Shown: positions 27,041 to 42,747, numbered from the stretch's first letter. The stretch is DNA of 64,000 nt from Balanoglossus misakiensis (GCA_040954595.2 CM082578.2:15050998-15114997); one strand, 5' to 3'. Notes: generated by a model not told the origin, from the letters alone. Translations and numbers: made by a program.

Positions 27041-27428
27041 CAGGAGTGAATCATTTATGAGACGACAGGCTATTTTGCATATAACAGTAAAGCGAGTTAG
27101 CCATTCCGTTCTTCGACAATACAATCCGCGACCAACTTTGTCTACGCGCAATCAATATGAATCTTTGTCTGAGTGCAATCAATACAAAAAGTAGTTCATT
27201 CCCCTCTACATCTTCTGGGTGATAAGTTGACGCCCAGCGGTGATGAAGAGTACTTGAAAATGGCCCATCTTCCGAAACATCGCGCATTCGAATGTCATAT
27301 GTAAATTGACAGGTAAGATTTTTTTTCACATAGGTAGATTTGTGACCACGTTCAAAATAGATGCGCCTTTGTAATACTTGATCAAAATCTCTTATTTACA
27401 TTTCAGATAGCGAAGACATAAGCTAAAC

Positions 27429-30400
27429 ATGTCTAATATCATACATGTCGCACCCGCTCCGTATGACGAAAAAGATGGGTTTTCGAACGATACCATTGCA
27501 CTGCCGCCACCGACGTACACCCGAGAGCTAACGAACGCCCCAGAGAAGCCCAAGAAAGAAACTTTCAGCGATGTCATTCAGCAGTTTTCGGACAACACCA
27601 CGGCCCACGGTATTCCCAGAATCGTTAATGCAAAGTATATGTGGTCAAAATTTCTATGGTTCATAGTTGTTGGAGGGAGTACCGGCGTCTTCTTGTGGCA
27701 GAGTACCTTACTGGTGAAGGAATTCTTCAGTTGGCCGGTAGAGGTGTCTATAGACGTCTACAGCAAAACGGATGTAGACTTCCCGGCGGTCACCGTGTGC
27801 AACATGAATCGACTCCGCCGGTCAGAAATGGAGGGCACGCGATTTGCAGGCATTCTAGACATTGACGGCGGAGCAAACGAAACCATCTGGGATTACGATG
27901 GCTTTGAGTGGTATTTTTACTCCGACATCTATTCCGATCTTAGTGCGACCAGTGAACCATCTACAGAAGCACCGATTGGTCGTCGGAGGCGACGCTCGGT
28001 CAACAACAAGGATTATCCAGAGCCATCCCTTGACGAGTTCCATGCTGACGAAGACGGTGCACAGCCCCCTCGCAAGTCCAACGACCGCAGCCAACGCCGC
28101 GAGCAATTTAAGCAAAGAAAGGCGCCTGGGCATCATAAAGGGCAGATGCACCCCTCCGAAGGAAATCTAGACTCCCCGGTCGACTACCCAGACCACGAAG
28201 ACTATCCCACACAGGGCCAAGGCACGAACCAAAGGAAACATCACCCTGTAGACCGCAAGAAATACAACGAAGCAATCCGCAAACTAATGACGCCTGAATT
28301 AGAAGCGCGCAAGCAGAAGATGGAAGCAAGGAAGAAGGAGAGACATGAGCACTTTGAAAAGGTGAAAGCAAAATTGGATCAACTGAAGGCAGAAGGAAAG
28401 TTGCCGAATCATCTCCGAAGAAGCAAGAGGGCCGGCGGATCATCATCATCATCATCTTCTTCTATGATGTCGTCATCTTCTATCGGTGGTGGTGGCGGTA
28501 GCAGCAGTTTCGGCAACTCTTTAGACTACAGTTGGTTTGATGATTTTGGTTGGGACTTTGACACGAATGAATTAGACTTCGAATATTACGACTACGGCTG
28601 GGGCGACATAGCAAACGAGAACGACTGGCAAGGATTCTACGATAACTCCAAAATGGAGGATTTCAGCGACTTGGCCGATGTCGCCAACCCGACCGATGAT
28701 GAGCTGCGCGGGATAGGACACCAGGCAGAGGACTTCATATTACAATGTACATTCGATAAAAGACCGTGTAATTATACGTAAGTGTTAAGATTTAGGCAAC
28801 CCGGACTGCCCTTTTCATTTTTAACCCCAAGCCGACATTTCACATACAGGTACATAGCCTGAATGTTTGTAAAGGCTTTGATCTGTGATCGACCAGTATT
28901 CAAGATGTACCATCTGCATCCCATAATACTATAGCAACACCGTCGATCCTGTGATCGCGTGAATGGGATTGTGGTGAAGACGTGATACATGTGTATGTAT
29001 AGATATGTGATGGTTCTTTCTCAGTATTAACATATCTAAATTTAAAAATAACAATATAATAGTGTGGATCATGAGAAAATTCGACCCAAGGTCTAGTTCC
29101 CTACATGTTTCGAATGGATGCGCTGAGTTTACGATTGAAACAGCAACGTATTTCGTGTCATTGGTCTTTTTATATAGATTTTTCAAACAATGGCAGAACA
29201 AGAATTATGGTAACTGCTACACATTCAACCACGGACACAACGAACCAGTGAGACAAACAAGCAAGTCTGGATCCCAATACGGTAAATGAATTTAATCGGC
29301 GTCTGTTCAAAATGATTCTAGCTTTGGTTCTCATTTCGTAGCTTTGGCTCAAGGGAATGACTCTGTGTACATGCAAAGCTGATGTGAAAGTGAAAACCCG
29401 ACTGTCGTGAACTCATGAGAAATAAAAGAAACTTGCCTATTGGACAATGCATTGGAAACAGATTCCACACACTTGTTTCTCAACAGGTTACTAACTTTGA
29501 TTTGTTTTATTCCCAGGATTGCACCTGACGCTATTTATAGAGCAACCTGAATACGTGGGGTTATTTTCACAGGAGAGTGGAGTAAGAATGACGGTGTCAC
29601 CACAAGGTGTGGCTCCATTCCCCGAGGATTTGGGAATCACAGCTGGTCCCGGTCTGTCTACATCTGTTGGTATTCGCCAGGTAAGAACGAGGAAGAGAGA
29701 GGGAGGGAGGGAGAGTGTGTGTGTGTGTGTGTGTGACGGACAGACAGAGACATGCAGACAAACAGAAACAGAGAGAGACAGACAGCAAATGGGAGAGGAG
29801 GAAGTGAGGGAAACAAGAGAGAACAGAGACATAGTCAGACAACAGCGTGAAACTTACAAATGTATCTTACCGTATAATATAATGTTTTGCAGTATAACTA
29901 TGTCCGACAACCCCACCCTTACGGAAACTGCACAACTGGGGAGGAAGTTTACATGGTTAACACGGACTATGATTACTCTGTTGTCCTCTGCAAGAAAGAA
30001 TGCCTGCAGAAGAATCTGATCGAGAGATGTGGTTGCGTCAGCGATATTCTCATAGACCACGATAAATGTAGCTTTCTGAACGTCACACAACGTAAGTGTA
30101 GAATAACATTTTGGAAGTCTTTTGGATTTTTTTATATTACAGATATAAATTGATATTTGCATAGTGTTTATATACGTTCATTATTGCTATACTTTTCCTA
30201 TCATTTTCCCAAAACAAACTCACATTCTATTTTATGAATATAACAGAACGATGTCGTCAAGTTGTTGAAGCGCTGTATGAAGATGATGAATTAAATTGTA
30301 CAAAGCCTTGCAAGAACCCATGCTCGTACGTAAGCGTATTTGCATATTTTCCATGGGTTATAGCTCATGAAAACTGTCAATAGATGACAAATTTTCGACT

Positions 30401-31516
30401 TTGCTGATGATTGTTTATCAACTGATGCAAAGAACAAACAATAGCTATGAAAATACGCCTAGTCTGTCGCCCAGTGACACCTATCGGAGAATGGTATCAC
30501 CCACACCATGGTGGGCGGAAGTTTGTCCTGGCGCTTTTTTTCCCATGATTCAAATTACAGTAAACGCCATATTGGAAATTCTGCCAACTTTCCCTAGATT
30601 TTGTAAAAAATCGCGCGACCTATACATGGCGAATATGTTTTTTTCTGAAAGAGTGACATCAAAGCTACCAAATTATGTAGAAATCAGCTACGACGGATTT
30701 CCCCTATTGTAGGGTACAGAAAACTCTTTAGTAGTTTGCCCATTTAAATATTTCGATTCTTTCAATACGTTCTGTTTATACAGAGAAGTAAGCTACACAA
30801 CGCAAGTTTCGTCTTCATTATGGCCATCTGAACGATACGAGAGCCACTTATATGACGTTTTAGCGGACAAAAGTATCAAAGCCGCCATTACACTACAAGA
30901 TGTCAGTGCGTCCAGGTAAGTTTCAAACACCATATTTATAATTTAAGCACGCCCAAACTTCCAGAGAGAGTGGTTTCTGACATGGAATTATGCAATGGGA
31001 TGCGTGTATTTTCATGACAATAACTTCCTCTTCTCTTTCACGCAGGAAAAATTTGGTTCGGTTGAAGATCTTCTTCGAAGAATTGAATTTCCAAAACATC
31101 ATTCAATCGAAAGCTTACAGGGTAAGAGTTATTGATCTCAGTGATACGTGCATATCCCATATATCAGGCGTATTGACTGTGTTAGACTCTCTCACAGCCC
31201 CTCTCGCCGTCAATGCAGGCTTACTTGCACGTGTGCCCAGAGAGAGGTTCGCTGCGCAACACCATATGGGGCTTCTCCTTTGCTACACGGGTGAGGGCGC
31301 GTCAATGAATGCCTGTTATACTACTTGCCAAAGACCACTACGCCATTGCTCACACTGTTCCAACTGAATGTATTTTCACAGATCGAAAACCTACTGGGTG
31401 ACATCGGAGGAACCTTGGGTCTCTACATCGGGTTGTCCATCATTACCGTCACTGAAATCATCGTGTTCTTCTTCCATACTTGCCGATTCTTTTTTTGTCG
31501 AAGCAAGATGGCATGA
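27429..31516 (+). CDS. DEG/ENaC (amiloride-sensitive sodium channel/ASIC family) subunit, 8 coding exons
   Basis: Motifs: FSDNTTAHGIPRI (HG motif), TM1, FPAVTVCNMN, FILQCTFD, YGNCYTFN, GLHLTLFIEQPEY, PHPYGNC, Cys-rich thumb, LWPS, LVRLKIFFEEL, and TM2 LLGDIGGTLGLYIGLSIITVTE. Exons are 27429..28777, 29178..29281, 29517..29680, 29893..30091, 30247..30325, 30784..30915, 31046..31121 and 31382..31516, with consistent phases. Confidence 0.94.
29690..29830. repeat. Compound GA/GT low-complexity microsatellite in a DEG/ENaC intron
   Basis: gagagagggagggagggagagtgtgtgtgtgtgtgtgtgtg...gagacagac. Confidence 0.85.
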
Positions 31517-32837
31517 TCGAACACGGACATGAAATGTCACCCACAGTAGGCGCGCCAGAAGTGTTCGGAAGTGAATGCGTGAATGTGTGAAATTAACATT
31601 CTGCAGTTGTGCACAATTTGGCACTGATTGAGTGTGGCCATCAAATAATCATTTCATGATTTTTTCCTTATACCTGGAGGGTTTTAGTAATACGAATTTA
31701 CTCTTTTTATGACCTTGCAACGAGAATTATTTCTTCCAGTCCCCCTAAATATGACAGGAAGCGGAAATGCGCAATATTTCCCAATCGATATATGGTCACG
31801 TATGGGGCAGTACTAGTATGTTTAAATATAGGGAACGGTCTTTACTTAGCGTTGTTGTGGTGTGGGTACAAATATTTTATTGCTAATATTATATACACAT
31901 TCTTGGTAGGTCATTGAGAAAGGTAACCATTAGCGTGGCTGGTAAAACTTAAAGAATGTTGCATTTACTTGAGTGCAAATTTAGATGATAAATAACGCGG
32001 CATTATGACACTGTATGGGAAGTTCTTAGGAATGGATTTTCACACAAGCTTGAAGTGTTTTTTAACTTTATCAATTTTATAAATGAAATGCGTTTACATT
32101 CGCACACAGAGTTGTATCAAAAACATGAATATAGGATTTTTTTTTCCGAAAAGAGCTTCTTTTCATGCGTAGCTCTACACGAGTGCTGGTTAGCATCGTT
32201 TAATGTTGTCCTAGGGTTTTGCCGTTTGCTCTTCCAATAAATGATTAAATCACAGAAATGATTTTTTTTGTATTTTCTGTTGTTCTTCATTTTAAACATT
32301 AATATGTGATACCATTGCAAACCCTTCCGTGGGGTAAGAAAACGCAGGTTGAGTAAGAAACGCCCTCTAACGGCCGGATTCTATCTCTTATAAGGAAATC
32401 TACCGCCACGGCACCCTTTAAAAACTGAACTATCAAGTAGCTTATTTAACTCCCACTATTATTTAGTTCATTGATCTGGGGATTATTAAGAACTGTACAT
32501 TAATCTTTCCTTCAATAACACAGCAGCGACGGCTTTTCGTTTCCCATACAGCGAATTTTACCACGGTCATATTTCTCACGGTAAATGTAATACGTCTTTG
32601 TCACTTGTATGATGTATACGTATCAGCTTAGTACGGTTCAAACGGTTCAAAGAACGTTGACATTTTGCATCTTTCGTTACTTTGCCAATATCCATGCGAT
32701 GTCTACGACACCTGGGTGTCTAGCCTGCATCGTGTAGATATCTATGCGTTTGTCTCCAACGGAGAAAAAATACTAAAAACATGAGGTTACACGAGAACCC
32801 ATACAATTACCTACTTATACCATGAAAGAGGGCGTAA

Positions 32838-33351
32838 ATTTGAAAAATATCGTGGTCTAGTTGTGCAGTGACGTCAGACCGATTAATATACATCGCACCT
32901 TATACACCTGGTCATTTAGGGATGTAAATTCTGACACAATAGAATGGCATAATGCAGTTATCTCATTGGCTAACAGACTAGGTGCACATCGATTCACCAC
33001 GTGCACGTCGTACGATGCATGGGCATGTCACCGTGTTTTAGTCACGCCACCAGTACGCGGATATTTCCGATACAGAGTATTCAAGCGAATTGGAACAGTT
33101 TTCGCTCTCAGTTTGAAAAGCCCGGTACCACTGGATGACAGAGAAGATGTTAGACGGCAAAACAGGCACGTGAAAGTTTTCAGGCTCCTGCGAACAGTCA
33201 CAATTGACAGAAAAACCTGGATCTCGCGTACCACAAAATATACGCAAGTCTACCACGCGGAGCATGAGAGTGTGGGGTGTATGGGGAAGAGTTACACGCC
33301 ATTCTGGCAAGGTAAGTTTCACTTATTTTTACACATTTTCCTAGCGCGAAA
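32838..33351 (+). repeat. Dispersed ~510-bp repeat, copy A (paralog at 58741..59285)
   Basis: Long collinear matches with copy B, e.g. ccgatacagagtattcaagcgaattggaaca, gacagagaagatgttagacggcaaaacaggc, gtgaaagttttcaggctcctgcgaacagt and gcaaggtaagtttca. Confidence 0.88.
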
Positions 33352-33367
33352 GTAATCGTTATTGTAG

Positions 33368-34325
<958 letters not shown>

Positions 34326-36288
34326 GTAAGTTCCACTATCATTGCCTGAATTTGCCGAGCGTGTCAGATCCAGGTGTGGTGTCTGGTTGTCAGATTAGAC
34401 CCCGGTTCTTACTCTGGGATGAGCCGCAATGACGTAACCGGCTCCTTGAGTTTGTCTCCTTGTCGAGTGAAATTTCCCCTTCATAAAATACGAACGGGTC
34501 GTTTGCACACAATCATTAATTATACATGTACGCAAGACTTTTGTAGACACACTGTGAGCTACCTGGTCAATACGACTTTTGAAATCAAAACTATCTGGCA
34601 CGCAGGCGCTATCCTAGTTAAAATGCATGGAATCCACGCCACGACGGACAAATAAACCCAGAAAACGAGACCACGTTGGCCTCGGAAGACTCATTTCTGT
34701 CAGAAGGCATCACATACTGACACGAGACTGAGCACTCCTTAAAGAAACTCGTTACTTAAGAAGCACATTTTCACTTCGCTATCCACACCCAACCGTCCCT
34801 CTGCTATCCCTGGCCATCAAATATAATCTATTGAATCAGACGAAGATGTCTACGATGTCCGTAGCCATGGAAATAGTAGTCCGTGACCAGAAAGCAAAAC
34901 ATGCCCTGTACATGTCGCGGGCATTTTCACAAAACGCTGGGCGAAAGTAAATGTGTAAATTTCTACTCCCGTAAATAACAGTGATTCGTCCTTAATTTGA
35001 TATTAATTTTGCGCTTTTCTATTAGTGGTATTTATCCATACAGACTCCTAAACTCTGTGTGTATCAGTAAGCGAATTTTTATGGCAACACGTAATGCTCG
35101 GCAACCATTATGACCACTGCATTTACAGTTGGCGATTTCTCCCATAAATCAAGTCGACATCGGGTCTATTTACTAGTTAGTGATTCATCTGATTTCCATT
35201 TCTGAGTGTCTCATTGCCAATCGGTCGACCTAACAAGTCGTCTTGTAGGGACCCGCCGCACAATATCAGTAAATTGCACACCTACTAGTTACATCGGCGC
35301 CAGTGCCATGAAATCACATCAACACAACGCGGAAATATGAATCTTAAACTGACAGATTCATTTCTTTTATTTCCAACAGAACTGCAATTTTTCACTTGAT
35401 AAATCTAAATGTCGTATTTTTCGTGATTGCATACTTGGACAGACGTGTGCGCTTTCTCATATTTTCTTGCTGAAAACGAAAATGATAATCAAGAATTGGA
35501 GACCCCCATTTGTAATTAGCCCATTCTGAAGTTAATGTAACATTCGTCCACTCGTGCCAACATGAAAAGTGATTTCGAAATCCTGAAATATCAACGAACA
35601 CACAGTGAGATACAATGTTTCTGTTACTATTTAAAACTCGATGCATATTGTGTTTTCGACAGTACGGCAGTCTTAGACTAGTAAAGGTACACGTATTTAG
35701 GCAGTCTATTTATAACGATACAAGTATTTAAACATTTAACGGTATTATATTTGCCTGAAATTTAACGTTTTCGTGTCAGGTTGACACAAGATATGCCGAT
35801 TACTGATAATTCACAATAACTGTCGACCCTTTTTCGAATACCATAGCCTTCCCTCTCTGTGAGGCCTGGTACGATCGTAGCACGAATATTACAAAACTTG
35901 ATCTACACACCTGCATTCGCAGAATTACAGACCCCCCCCCCCCACACACACAGACACCATACATAGAATTCATAACACTGCCTTTGTAAATGCAGTGTCG
36001 AAATGCTTATTACCACCCAGAGGCCGCGTCCAACATTATAAAAAATACGTACACATTTTGAATTCCTAATATTGCATAATGCTATAGTTCTCTTAAGGAT
36101 AATGTTTTATCGTTAAAGCATAATATCAAGTGGACGACCGCCAGTCTTTGAGATGTACGACGTTAATGTTTAAACAGCCGTGCTTGCTTCAGAAATTGAA
36201 GTCCTCATTGAGAGTATGTATGGCCCTCAGGGGAGCGATACATCATAGGAGTTGCCGAGGTTTGTGACAGCCAGTCGCGTCGTCCGCT

Positions 36289-39200
36289 TCACACATCGTC
36301 ACCATACTGGCCTCGTTCTGATATACTAGACTTCGTGCTGAACACGGTGCCGTTAGGTATATTTTGAACGGTCGCATAGTACGGATTGTACTTATAAAAT
36401 TTCACGTCTGGATCTGAAACGTACAATAGAAATTCGAAAATGAACAAGAATGAATTAAACATACACATTATATATTTTATTCCACTGACAAAAGTATACT
36501 GACCAAATCACGAAAACGGGCCATTTATAGTGTCCCAAGTTATGACCCTAAAAGGTTACGTTGGGGATATTAAGGGGTCGCCGGATACTGCTTGCTGATT
36601 GGCCATTTTCATAATCTAAATAGGTCGAGTCTTTTAACCTTGATAATATCTTCCCAGGTAAACAATATCGTATCAAATTGTTCTATTTGTTGTTCCAATT
36701 AGAATTCTGTGTTCTAGTCAAACTAAAACAAGATTATTTTATTTTGTAAAAGGTCACGGTCCCGGAGTACCACACTAAATATTTTCACCAATTCATCGCC
36801 ATTTCACTCAAAATTCTAGTCCCATTCCCGATCTGGCCCTAGGATCAATTGGCATGTAGCAATTACTGCATTTGAAGGCGAGCAGTGTCTTCTGGAAATC
36901 CTAGGAAGTAATTAATGCACAATACGTGCGCTGTATTTCAATAAGATACGCGGGTCGCTAGCTTACTTCTCCCCAAGGATTTGCTTCTTCATGCCGTACT
37001 GATCGCGGCCCATTGCATATTATATAAAACATCGAAATATATTTGTCGCGGACGATTGATTCATTAGAACATGCAAAGCGATAAGCCTTACGCGGAAATG
37101 CACAAAGCCCCTGTTATTTACCCAAATACGGAAAACGGCTGAAGTTGCAGATCATACGCAAATCTTCTCAATTCAGTACTGCTAACTATTCAAAGCACGA
37201 CGTCTCTGCTGGATTTTCAACGCATTTATTTGCGAGAATCCCGATTAAATTTTCCGTACTTTCCCCTCTTGAAATCCGCCAACATCTTCCATTTTGCTGG
37301 AGACTGCCGACTGGTCCTTTGAATCTGTGATCATGTCACATGACAACGGACCTAGAAATTTACCGCCGATTACTCATCGTTATACTTTGTATTTAGTCAC
37401 GTCACTCCGCATGCGTGAAATTAATAAGAACAAAATTTCCCGCAGTTAAGTCGAAATCAGATTCATTCGTGCCTTTACCTATAACGCATATAGCAATTAC
37501 ATCAATCCAAGTGATGGCCAGGAGCGAGCAAATTTATTGCATGAATAATTAAGACCAGGGTGAGTGATGGATTACCTGTGGAGCTCTGGACAATCGACTG
37601 TTTTCTCGTTTTATTATAACGGATGGTCGACTTTCTGCGGATAATGATTAGTACCACTACTCCCAGAATGCCTAGCGCGATGACAAGCCCGATGAGAGAG
37701 AAGCGTAGAGCATCGACTGACATCGTTTCTGTCACTAAACTTGCAGTCGTTGTGACAATTCCAGGCTTTCCTGCTCCGATTGTGGCGTACTTCCCTGTTT
37801 ATGATTAAAAAATAAATAAAAGTACGTACGTTCAGTTTAAAAGTATTTAAAATCTAACAAAACCTGAAAATGATTTATGTTTAGTAATTGAAAACAAGGT
37901 TGTGGACACGGTTGCTGAGTAAACCTTGCCTTTGACCGAGAAATCTGCTTCCGAAAAATGTTAGTAACGATTTTACAGTCGTGTTATGATCAGAACTGTC
38001 GTTACAAGGGCCCCTGGGTAATTTATCATTATGCATAATCAACCAAACCAGTGATTTCTGCCGATTTATGAGAAGGCCCTTTAGGTAGTCTCCGAACGAG
38101 TTTGGACCTCAGATATTAATATCCTGTCACAGTTAGAGCTACAAACAGTGTGGTCGACATTTGTCAGTTGACGAATATTCAACTGTAATCGGAGCTCAAC
38201 TATACCACTGTGACTGACTCGCTTCACTGATTTCATGTCTTCTGAAATTTCTGCCAACCATCAACACATTGGAAGAATTCGATTACAAACGTGATGAATA
38301 AATAAGATTGACATTGTTTCTGTGTCATAAAATACGTGCGGCCAGCAAATCTGGTCATTATGTTACTGTATATATCCACATACATATATATCACTTTAGC
38401 TTCCCTGACCAAAAATTTAATTAAAAACACTGTCACTTGAAAAGACCATTTTATTCTCCACACATCTAGGGTGTCTGAGTAATTTTCTTCAGCTGAACAT
38501 TCCTTTTTAATATGACTGAATCCAATGAAAGAGATGCCGATAAGGTATTCATGGGACTACAATGACCCAAGCAATAAAATTAACTTTGTATTCTCCGAAA
38601 GAATACGAACTGACTACAGTGTCTAGGTTACGATTCACTGGTGTCGTCATAAAAAACATTAATGGAGTGATTTTATTCGTGTCAAAGTGAAACGATCACA
38701 TTTTCGCCATCTTAATTCGAGGTCGAGATTATAAGGAAGTCGCAAATTCCCTCCTTGTGAAATGTGAATCTGTGAATGAAGTGGCCGACACTTTTTGTTG
38801 TTGTTGACATGCTGGGCACGGTTATCTGGCGACTGGTCAGTTGTATCATTTCGTGGATTGACCCTTACCTGTAAATGTCAGATTTTGTGGCTCGGTGACG
38901 TCAGCGGCAGAGGTGAAATGTGCAGTCTCGTTTGGGCAGTTTGTATTAGACGTCGCATTTGAGATATCGTCGCAAAGTTGAGCCGCGTTCGCCTGGGCAG
39001 CTATCACCTGTGTGACGTCATGAGAACAGAACAACAATTAAACTGGTGGCCCGTTACGTAATTTTCGCGCCGATAAATTTCATTCTATTTTTAGAATTAA
39101 AACTGACATCGGCCATCTAAACATTCACCTCACGTGCTCTAGTTTTTTTTCTGCAAATATCTGCCAAACAATTGAATGGGCGCCAAAAATGCCTATTACA

Positions 39201-39915
39201 AACTATTTCAAAGTATCCTGACGTTTCTTTGTGTCGGGGTAATAAAATGTCTTCTGAGTGACGAGAAACGTCTATATGATAGTCTCTTTTGCCAGAAATT
39301 AATTTTGGCCTAATAAAATCTTCGTTGTACCACCATGAAGTCACCAACTGTCCCGTCCATCCACCCATCGCATATGCGTTGTATTTTGGTGACATACTGA
39401 CTGACCACAGACAATGTCGTTCTGTTTCTGTTTGGTTGAATTTCCAGACAATATGGGCGTGCAGTATGTTTCTACTTCAATGCAGGGCATATTCGCATGA
39501 TTATTATTCTGTCAAATTATGCCGTGAGCTCCACAGTTTACAAACGCCCCGTGGTAACCCCCCCCCCCCCCCATGGCCAGTGTGCATGCCGTGGCTTACA
39601 TCATGGACGTAGGGTCCATGGAGCTTGCTCCATTCACATACTATTTTTGCGAACATGTTCTGATGCTTCGCTTACGTCACTTGAAGGTGTGAATGCATCC
39701 GATATCTGTGATGTTGGTTTCATAACAAAACAGGTGCGATATGCGAATAAAAACAGAACACAATCGCAAGTTCTGTTTATGGACAATCAACTGTCTGTAC
39801 CATACATACTATTTTAGGCTCTTCTGGGAGTGGTAATGCTTACCCTGAGCGCAAAGAGTACAACCGCCGAGTACAGGGATGTTCCTAACGTAAATTCATG
39901 ATATCGATCCTCCAT
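36289..39915 (-). CDS. Uncharacterised small type I membrane glycoprotein (~184 aa), 4 coding exons
   Basis: Exons 39844..39915 (MEDRYHEFTLGTSLYSAVVLFALR), 38869..39007 (VIAAQANAAQLCDDISNATSNTNCPNET...NLTFT), 37576..37794 (Thr-rich stalk, TM FSLIGLVIALGILGVVVLIII, RRK) and 36289..36413 (DPDVKFYKYNPYYATV...GDDV*) join in frame via canonical GT-AG sites (phases 0,1,1). The product has a signal peptide, N-glycosylation sequons, a TM helix and a cytoplasmic tail. Confidence 0.72.
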
Positions 39916-42747
39916 TTTTATCAGTCTTGTTGTACAACTTCTTGCAATTTTCGGCGCTGACGCCCAACTGCTAACAGAGTGTACTACCGCTCTCGCAGTT
40001 AGGTCGACAGTGTCAGTGAGCGTCGGTCTCGCCTGCACGATCGATGTCTCGTCTTCTAGCCAGCTAGCCGTACCGTCACCTTCTGCCGGGCGTCCGCACG
40101 CAGCGTGTCATAGCGAAATGTTCTCCACGATCGGGGCAAGCGAGGGAGATACAGACGACTGCGTGAGAAACTGCGGAAAGGCTTCCGTTCTACGGTTCAC
40201 AGGATTCGCGGCAAGTTGACATCTAGGCAGGGAAACATGCAGAACCGCGGCTTCTTCTGGGGTGTTCCGAGTGTCGGTATGCAGTTATGCAAAGCCTCCC
40301 TGCAAAGGTCAGAGTTCAAAGGTCAAAAGGAGAAGGGAAACTAATAAGGTGCTTTTTAAATACCACATGCGAGACCTCACCACTACTTGTATGTATCTAT
40401 AACTCAACATCTTGCTGTTTGGGTTGATTTTCAACTTCTTGTCTCTTGTTTACACCTATTGGCATTCAGTTAATGAATTATTGTCTTGAATAATAAAAAA
40501 TATAATTACAAATAGCGATCACAAAGTGACAAGCTTTTGAAATATTGTTCATGCTTTCGGAGCAAAGTGTACACGAATAACCTTTGTGAAATTAAGCTAT
40601 TAAATCGAATGAATAATTTGACTTTGATGGGTTACACTTTCTCAATTTCTTGTCGAACATTTGACAGTATATACGTGGTGCAGCTATGGCATATTTCAAC
40701 TTAATTGTATTAGTTACTCGCTTCCTTACAACTGGCGCAGTGGTGATGAGTTGGCTTGGTTGTTTGTCTCCACTGACTCGCGAATTTTAATTAGTCAGCT
40801 GGGGTTTGTTTTCCGTGCATTGTTCCCAAGGCCCCCAAGAAAAAAAAATGTTTCAAAACATTTCGGAGTACACACCGGATTTAACTTTTCTTGGCAAACA
40901 GGAAGATGACTCAATCACTCGTGGACGATTTCAGACCAAAAACACAAACGTGGGTATAGGGTGATATCTGCTCCCATATTTAAAGCTTCCTACTAAGTAA
41001 TACGTAGCAACTCGTATCGCTGATAAACTTAATAACCAGCTCCATTTCTATCAAACGACAGTCGTTTAACGAAGAATACGGGCTTGTGCCATTGCCACGA
41101 CTTCGGGAAAAAAACGTGACTTTTTAAACGTTAAAAACATCTGGTGACAGTGACAGAAATAGACCCCTTTCCAAAACGAACAAATTGATTGACGACTGAC
41201 GGGCGTATGTATATTGCTACGAAATGCAGATATCACACCCATGGCAGATAACTCAATAAACAGTTGTTCTGGAGGACAGTTTTCATGATGTATCGTTTGA
41301 AAGCTGCTACTACATTGTAAAAGCTTTACTGACGTGACTGAACTTTGTAGACAAAGGTTGCATGGCCGGTTCGAGGGAAATTTGTCCTTTTGGAACACGT
41401 AGTTCATTTTCGCTGTCCATGTTTATAGACGCTTGACGTATGAATACAAGCGCAAGATAGGGAAATTATTAGGACCATAAAGTCTGTTCTAACAGGAGTG
41501 TGTTCTTGGGCAAGTAAACAGTGTTTTCAATAGTAGAATCGGTGTTTAACCATAAAATCACAAATACAAAAATAAGTTTATAAAGGTATAGTTCGTGCCA
41601 TAAAATACGAAACGTACCAAGGTATTTTATGATTGTATTGTATTCCACCGTTTATTGAAATCAGTAACACAGTCTGTGTTTTGATGAGAATCAAACACAA
41701 ATCGATCCATGCACATGCATTGTTCTGCTCGTCCTTGTACATTATCGTGTTACTTTTATTTCTGTCGCAAGGCCATACGAGAAGTCCGCCGTCCTTTAGC
41801 TGGGACCATATAGGATGTTCTCAAAACTTGACAATACGGGTGGATGTAGTTCCATTTAATAGAACAGCTACCACATTTTGAGTAATTGCTTTTCGAGTGT
41901 TATTTCGACAATTAATTTACCTTTTACGCTTTAAAGGGCATAGTCATCTACTGAATAGTAAACCTTCAGGATAAAACACATTTCACTTTACCTTTATTTC
42001 AGACTATGGTGTTGCGTTGTCAATGATGGGCGTATTCCATATAATTGGAATAAAACGACACCAGTACTCGGTAGTCAATCGTCGTATAAACATTGTGACC
42101 TTCAACCGAGATATGTGCTCAGTGGCCCGAAAACGAAAGAATCCTATACTGATAGCTAAAGATGGCGTATATTTAAAAAAAGCTTTCACTTTATCTCTCG
42201 ATTATGTTTTGTGAATTTTTTAAAATGTGTGCCTACAATTGACATGATAGTACATTTTATCATTGTCGTGCTCTTCTGTCGGTATATACCACACAACAGG
42301 TTTTAACTGAATGAGAGGCAAGCGAGGCAGACGACAATTTTTGACCAAGAGATCACGTCCGTCGGTCAAGCTGACGGTGACAGTGCCGAAAGTTCAATCT
42401 TCATGAATTGAATTGAATTAAATTAAGTGGGACCGCCAATAATTCACAAAGGTTTCGGAACACTCCATCTGTTTCAGATCTATTTTGGAGAATCCGTGAA
42501 TAATTAGGTTAAATAAAGACCCAGAAACGCCAGTTAAACCACTTTACAGAAAAGAGTGTCACTTTGACACAATTAAAACACCAAGCTGCTCTCGTGTTAT
42601 TTCCAACAGTTCTTTTTCAATCGTTCTATGCAAGCTTTGCACCATTAAAATCACTATCACGTGGATCTTTACAATACTAAATGTCTGTTTCACGTGTCAA
42701 TTTCATATGTTTACACTGCCTGATGTTCTGTATATCGTACATTACAG

